Shown here one piece after another: positions 61,001 through 64,000 of a DNA stretch of 64,000 bases. Position 1 is the stretch's first letter, and each line of letters opens with the position of its first letter. Below the pieces are notes generated by a model, which was given only the letters and a program-made list of their open reading frames with translations, did not search any database and had not been told where the DNA came from. The translations under genes were made by a program, and so were the position numbers. The DNA is from an uncultured Verrucomicrobiae bacterium. GTDB lineage: Bacteria > Verrucomicrobiota > Verrucomicrobiia > Chthoniobacterales > JAATET01. Location: assembly GCA_963719495.1 (NCBI GenBank), contig CAVRCI010000013.1, positions 320,001-384,000 on the forward strand, in the 5' to 3' direction.

Positions 61001-61376
61001 GCTCCACCACCAGCTCCCAAGCCCACCGGATCGCCTCCGCTTTGAAGTAATCGCCGAAGCTCCAATTTCCCAGCATCTCGAAGAACGTCTGGTGGTAGGT
61101 ATCCAGCCCAACATCCTCGAGGTCGTTGTGTTTCCCGCCCGCGCGAATGCACTTCTGCGTGTCCGTCGCCCGCGTGTCGCGCCCCGGCACGCCCCCCGCC
61201 CAGCGGCTCACGTCCGGTGCCTTCTGACCCAGGAAGATCGGGACAAATTGGTTCATCCCCGCGTTCGTGAAGAGCAGGTTCGGCGAGTCCGGCATCAGGC
61301 TGGACGACGGCACCACCGAGTGCCCCTTCGAAGCGAAAAAATCCAAATACGACTGCCGAATCTCAGAACTGGTCAT
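58005..61376 (-). CDS. alaS: Alanine--tRNA ligase with in-frame transposase insertion (1123 aa)
   Basis: LLFTNAGMNQF, FFEMLGNWSFGDYFK, DTGMGFER, editing motifs HTVTH and ELCGGTH, and C-terminal GGKGGG. Start reset to ATG 61376. Confidence 0.96.
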   Translation of the reverse strand: MTSSEIRQSYLDFFASKGHSVVPSSSLMPDSPNLLFTNAGMNQFVPIFLGQKAPDVSRWAGGVPGRDTRATDTQKCIRAGGKHNDLEDVGLDTYHQTFFEMLGNWSFGDYFKAEAIRWAWELVVERWGFPAERLYATVYAPGEGDPSEFDQEAWDLWAELFRAVGLDPAVQIVNGNKADNFWMMGETGPCGPCSELHVDLTPAGDTRGSLVNAGDARCIEIWNLVFIQFNANPDGSFVPLPAQHVDTGMGFERVTSIIQGTRGFTDFANAKISNYETDIFRPIFDELETMSGRKYGSTLPMAGSAGESDQERGDVAFRVIADHIRTLTFSIADGIQPGNSDRNYVLRRILRRAVKYGRELGFHEPFFYKLSDVVVRSMGDVFPELRRQQGHIREVLHMEEEAFNRTLDRGIAMFESEAERLGSATFQVAASSFQLGASPQSPAAGARYWKRRLPHYERPHGIYHVTFSTRDHRILTEPARDVVMNSLRHFDGRRYELYAACVMPDHVHVLLQPMVNGGDAVGEPSFFGLAEIFHSLKSFTANEVNKLEGREGEQLWENEYHDRLMRSDADVEEKFHYVLSNPWRSDVVGPEEDYSWIWFRGRAEAAGAGSAASPGLERGSELEARSGDLEGRGPRGAGAPGVISGEFAFKLYDEQGFPLDLTELMARERGLSVNTAGFETLMEAQRSRARAAQKKEVISLASFDGSGVTRFEGFETDEMDAEVLDVVAVKDRTAVVLDATVCYAEMGGQVGDWGLISHGAASWSVTDVRKAGATFLHFIDGDDAPETGSRVSVVIDCERRAAVARHHTVTHLLHWAIHEVVNREASQKGSYVGAEKLTFDFNGAALSDQQVRDVERLVNERILENAPVSWTEVPHADVAGRADVMQFFGDKYGDVVRVVQIGGAAGELDGYSMELCGGTHVRATGEIGPFRILAESAIAAGVRRIEAVAGFVALDRGAADAGQLGALAAMVGAPVVELERKLEATLARQKDLEKQVTALRQKQAAAAAGALLDRVRSAGLLVPAIIEEIEGASGDELQAMADSLKGRFEGALVLAGAADGVVALVATVSLEFVGVVRAGDVIKAIAPVVGGKGGGRPEAARGGGKDVTKLREALAEAERVLAG
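59474..60114 (-). mobile_element. REP-flanked RAYT-like Y1 transposase domain inside alaS
   Basis: RRLPH, YHVTF, VMPDHVH (HUH), KSFTA, LWENEYHDRLMR and YVLSNP motifs. 48-bp inverted repeats at 59474-59521 and 60067-60114 (46/48 identical). Confidence 0.92.
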
Positions 61377-61415
61377 CACGTAAAACACCGTCCCCAAAAC
61401 CAAAAAGAAAAGCAA

Positions 61416-61490
61416 GGGGACCGCGACCTTCCAGGTCGCCGCTTCGAGCTTCCAGCTCGAAGCCCCCCAAACCCGGCGAAGCCGCACTCC
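61416..61490 (+). repeat. Double-hairpin REP unit upstream of alaS
   Basis: Near-identical to 59474-59550. Confidence 0.9.
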
Positions 61491-61496
61491 AGCCTC

Positions 61497-62507
61497 TTAA
61501 ATCTCCGGAATCAGATCCACCACTTCCCCCCGCGAGAACCGCACCCCGCTCCCCGCCAACCCCTCACCCTCCACGCGCAGCTCCATCCGCTCCACCCCGT
61601 CCAGCTCCCCCGCCCCACCCGATATCACCTCGACCCGCCGCCCCCGCCACACCGCGCCCCCGTCCTCCGTCGGCGACACGCCCCCCACGAACCGCGCCGC
61701 CGCCCGCGGCGTCCCCGACGTCGTCACGACCGCCATCACCTCCGCGTCCCGATCGACCCCACGCGAGATCACCATCCGCACCGCCTCGCCACCCAAAGTC
61801 CCCGGATAAGCCAACCCCGTCGCCAACCGCTCCCGCAAAGCCGCCTCCGCCTCCGCCGCCCGCCGCGCAAAAGCCGCCTCCCAGTCCGCCCGCAACGCCT
61901 CCAACCCAGCGACGACCACGCCCACCTCCGCCAAAGCCCGCCCCGCCGCCTCCGTCCCGACGACCGGAATCTCGGGCCGCACCACCGTCTCGCCCGTCAG
62001 CTCGAGCGTGTTCCCCGATTCCTCGATCACCCAGCCGCCCTCCACCGTCGGCCGAAGTTCCAAGGTCACCAGCGCCGGCAGCTCCGACCCCGCCGAATGC
62101 TCGACCCGCTTGAGCAAAAATCCATACCGCGCCTGCTGCCACGTCCGCTCGATCGACGTCCGCAACGCCGCCCCCTCCGGCAAACGTCCCGCCGCCCAAT
62201 CTCTTACCGCGTCCAGCCTCGCCGCCAGCGCCCCGGCACTCTCCACCCCAAACCCATCGAAGATCGTCACCATCTCCCGCCGCGTCCGATACCGCACCGG
62301 CACGGACGTCCGAAAGCGCCCGTCGCCGATGGCCTCGAGCGGAAACTCCCCCGTCACCTCGACCAGCGAAGCGTTCTCCGGCGGATTCCCCGCCACGAAT
62401 TCCCGCACCAGATCACCCCGCCGATCCGAGCACCCAACGACCGCCCCCAGCACGACCGCCACCGCGGCCCATCGCACCCATTGCCGAACCATCATCCGAG
62501 AACCCAT
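61497..62507 (-). CDS. Hypothetical lipoprotein
   Basis: Lipobox-like VVGC after a hydrophobic stretch. Start uncertain. Confidence 0.6.
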   Translation of the reverse strand: MGSRMMVRQWVRWAAVAVVLGAVVGCSDRRGDLVREFVAGNPPENASLVEVTGEFPLEAIGDGRFRTSVPVRYRTRREMVTIFDGFGVESAGALAARLDAVRDWAAGRLPEGAALRTSIERTWQQARYGFLLKRVEHSAGSELPALVTLELRPTVEGGWVIEESGNTLELTGETVVRPEIPVVGTEAAGRALAEVGVVVAGLEALRADWEAAFARRAAEAEAALRERLATGLAYPGTLGGEAVRMVISRGVDRDAEVMAVVTTSGTPRAAARFVGGVSPTEDGGAVWRGRRVEVISGGAGELDGVERMELRVEGEGLAGSGVRFSRGEVVDLIPEI

Positions 62508-62539
62508 CGCAGCCCGCTCTCCGCCCGGTCGTCGCCGCG

Positions 62540-63106
62540 TTAGTTGCCGAGCAGACCCTGCTTGAGCGACTCCGCCGCCGGCTTCGGCCCAAAGAACAAA
62601 CTCAGAAACGCCTGCTGGAAATCCTTCCCCTCCACCGAGCCTTTGTAAGACCCACCATCGTAGACCTTCGTCTCATCGCCCACCAACACGACCCGCTGCG
62701 TCTCCAGCTTCCCGATCGGATCGAACATCGCCACGAACGCCTTCCGGTCCGCCTCGAACCCGTCGTAGGGATCGGTCACGCTGAAATCGAACTGCTTGTT
62801 CCAACCATCGTCGACCTGCCCCTGATTCGCCGATCGCAGGAACGTGAAATGGAACTCGAGCGGCCCCTCGGAGCCCATCACCGCGCCCGCCGATCCCAAT
62901 TGGGAAGGCGCAAAGAACGCCGCCACGTAAACCTTGATCGGAATGAACGCCAACTTGATCGACCGCACCCCCGTGCCGTTCAGTTTCAATGAAGTCCCCG
63001 CGACCGTCACCGACCCCGGCACATCCACCCCCTCGACCGATTTCGCGCTCAGCGTCCCCATCGCCACCAATCCACAGATCGTCACCGCACTGAAAAAATT
63101 TCTCAT
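62540..63106 (-). CDS. Chalcone isomerase-like family protein
   Basis: LKLNGTGVR, KVYVAAF and LKQGLLG motifs, plus a signal peptide. Confidence 0.85.
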   Translation of the reverse strand: MRNFFSAVTICGLVAMGTLSAKSVEGVDVPGSVTVAGTSLKLNGTGVRSIKLAFIPIKVYVAAFFAPSQLGSAGAVMGSEGPLEFHFTFLRSANQGQVDDGWNKQFDFSVTDPYDGFEADRKAFVAMFDPIGKLETQRVVLVGDETKVYDGGSYKGSVEGKDFQQAFLSLFFGPKPAAESLKQGLLGN

Positions 63107-63199
63107 CCGAAATCAGTATCTGTCCGCCGCGACGACCGCAATCCACGAGATCCCAGCGGAAACTCGCCGAGTCCACCGATTCCGTGTAACCTCCAAACC

Positions 63200-63943
63200 G
63201 TGATCAATAACCTCCCGCGCCTCGCGGCCATCCCCGTCCTCGCCCTCCTCGCCAGCTGCGCCTCCGTCACCGCCGTCAAGACCGACGCCGTCCCGATGGA
63301 GAATCCCGACAGTCTCCCCGAGCGCATCTACGTCCGCGACTTCGCGACACCCGCCGAGAATATCCGCGCCGACCGCGACGGCGAGCGGCTTGCCGCCTTC
63401 CAGCGCGACATCGCCGACAAGCTCACCGCCCAGCTCGTCAAGAAGATCGACCGCAGTCTCACCGCCGCCGAGCCCCTCGCCGCCGACGCCGACCTCCCCC
63501 GCGGCAACGCCTGGCTCATCACCGGCGAGTTCGACCGGGTCAACCAAGGCAGCCGCGCCCTGCGCACCATCTTCGGCTTCGGCTCCGGCGGCACCAAGGT
63601 CGTGACCACCGCCAGCGTCTACGACCTCTCGACCAACCCACCCACCCCACTCTTCGCGGTCCGCACCAGCGGCGGATCGAACGCCATGCCCGGCGTCATC
63701 GTCAGCGCAAATCCGTTCACCGTCGTCGGCCCCATCATCTTCGGCGTTGGGGGAGTCGTCGCCGGCGCGGGAGCCGGTATCCTCCCCGGTCTCACCGACG
63801 ACATCCGCCGCACCGCCCGCGAGATCACCGCCACCCTCTCCGCCTACTCCGCCCAACAAGGCTGGATCCCCGAAGATCAAGCAATGAACCCCAAAAAGCC
63901 CGGCACCGGAGCCATCCGCATCTCCGACCCCAAGCGGCGCTAG
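63200..63943 (+). CDS. DUF4410-like lipoprotein
   Basis: Lipobox LASC, and IYVRDF and GSRALRTIFGFGSG motifs. Confidence 0.7.
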   Translation: MINNLPRLAAIPVLALLASCASVTAVKTDAVPMENPDSLPERIYVRDFATPAENIRADRDGERLAAFQRDIADKLTAQLVKKIDRSLTAAEPLAADADLPRGNAWLITGEFDRVNQGSRALRTIFGFGSGGTKVVTTASVYDLSTNPPTPLFAVRTSGGSNAMPGVIVSANPFTVVGPIIFGVGGVVAGAGAGILPGLTDDIRRTAREITATLSAYSAQQGWIPEDQAMNPKKPGTGAIRISDPKRR

Positions 63944-63968
63944 CCCCGCCGGGGATCGCGACCCGCAG

Positions 63969-64000
63969 GGGGACCGCGAGCTTCCAGCTCGCCGCTTCGG
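63969..64000 (+). repeat. Partial copy of the alaS-associated REP (window edge)
   Basis: GGGGACCGCGAGCTTCCAGCTCGCCGCTTCGG. Confidence 0.8.

Noticed and set aside
61377..61487. N-terminal extension of AlaRS
   Set aside because: It is translated REP sequence. MTSSEIRQ at 61376 is the canonical start.

Overview
GC-rich bacterial chromosome segment. The gene content and repeat types suggest Verrucomicrobiota (inference, not verified). The housekeeping backbone comprises carA, pgm, purSQL, lnt, acpP, acs, monomeric icd, class I and class II aldolases, yebC and alaS. An accessory, partly decaying island at about 16.5-31.3 kb carries a Fic gene, a C5 methyltransferase with an interrupted DUF4928 partner, vapBC, IS630, DUF3800 with a 3' structured RNA candidate, IS481 and higBA. 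A YqiJ-like/flotillin/giant AAA ATPase operon follows, split by a repeat-flanked Y1 transposase. The most striking observation is an apparently intact REP-associated tyrosine (HUH/Y1) transposase domain inserted in-frame inside alaS. It is bracketed by 48-bp inverted REP repeats that are translated as linkers, and further copies of the same REP flank alaS. Short palindromic repeats have also entered purL and the ATPase in-frame, both Fic genes are bounded by direct repeats, and a co-oriented GGGGTCRGT repeat family punctuates the toxin-antitoxin island. All calls come from motif recognition by eye, with no database searches run.
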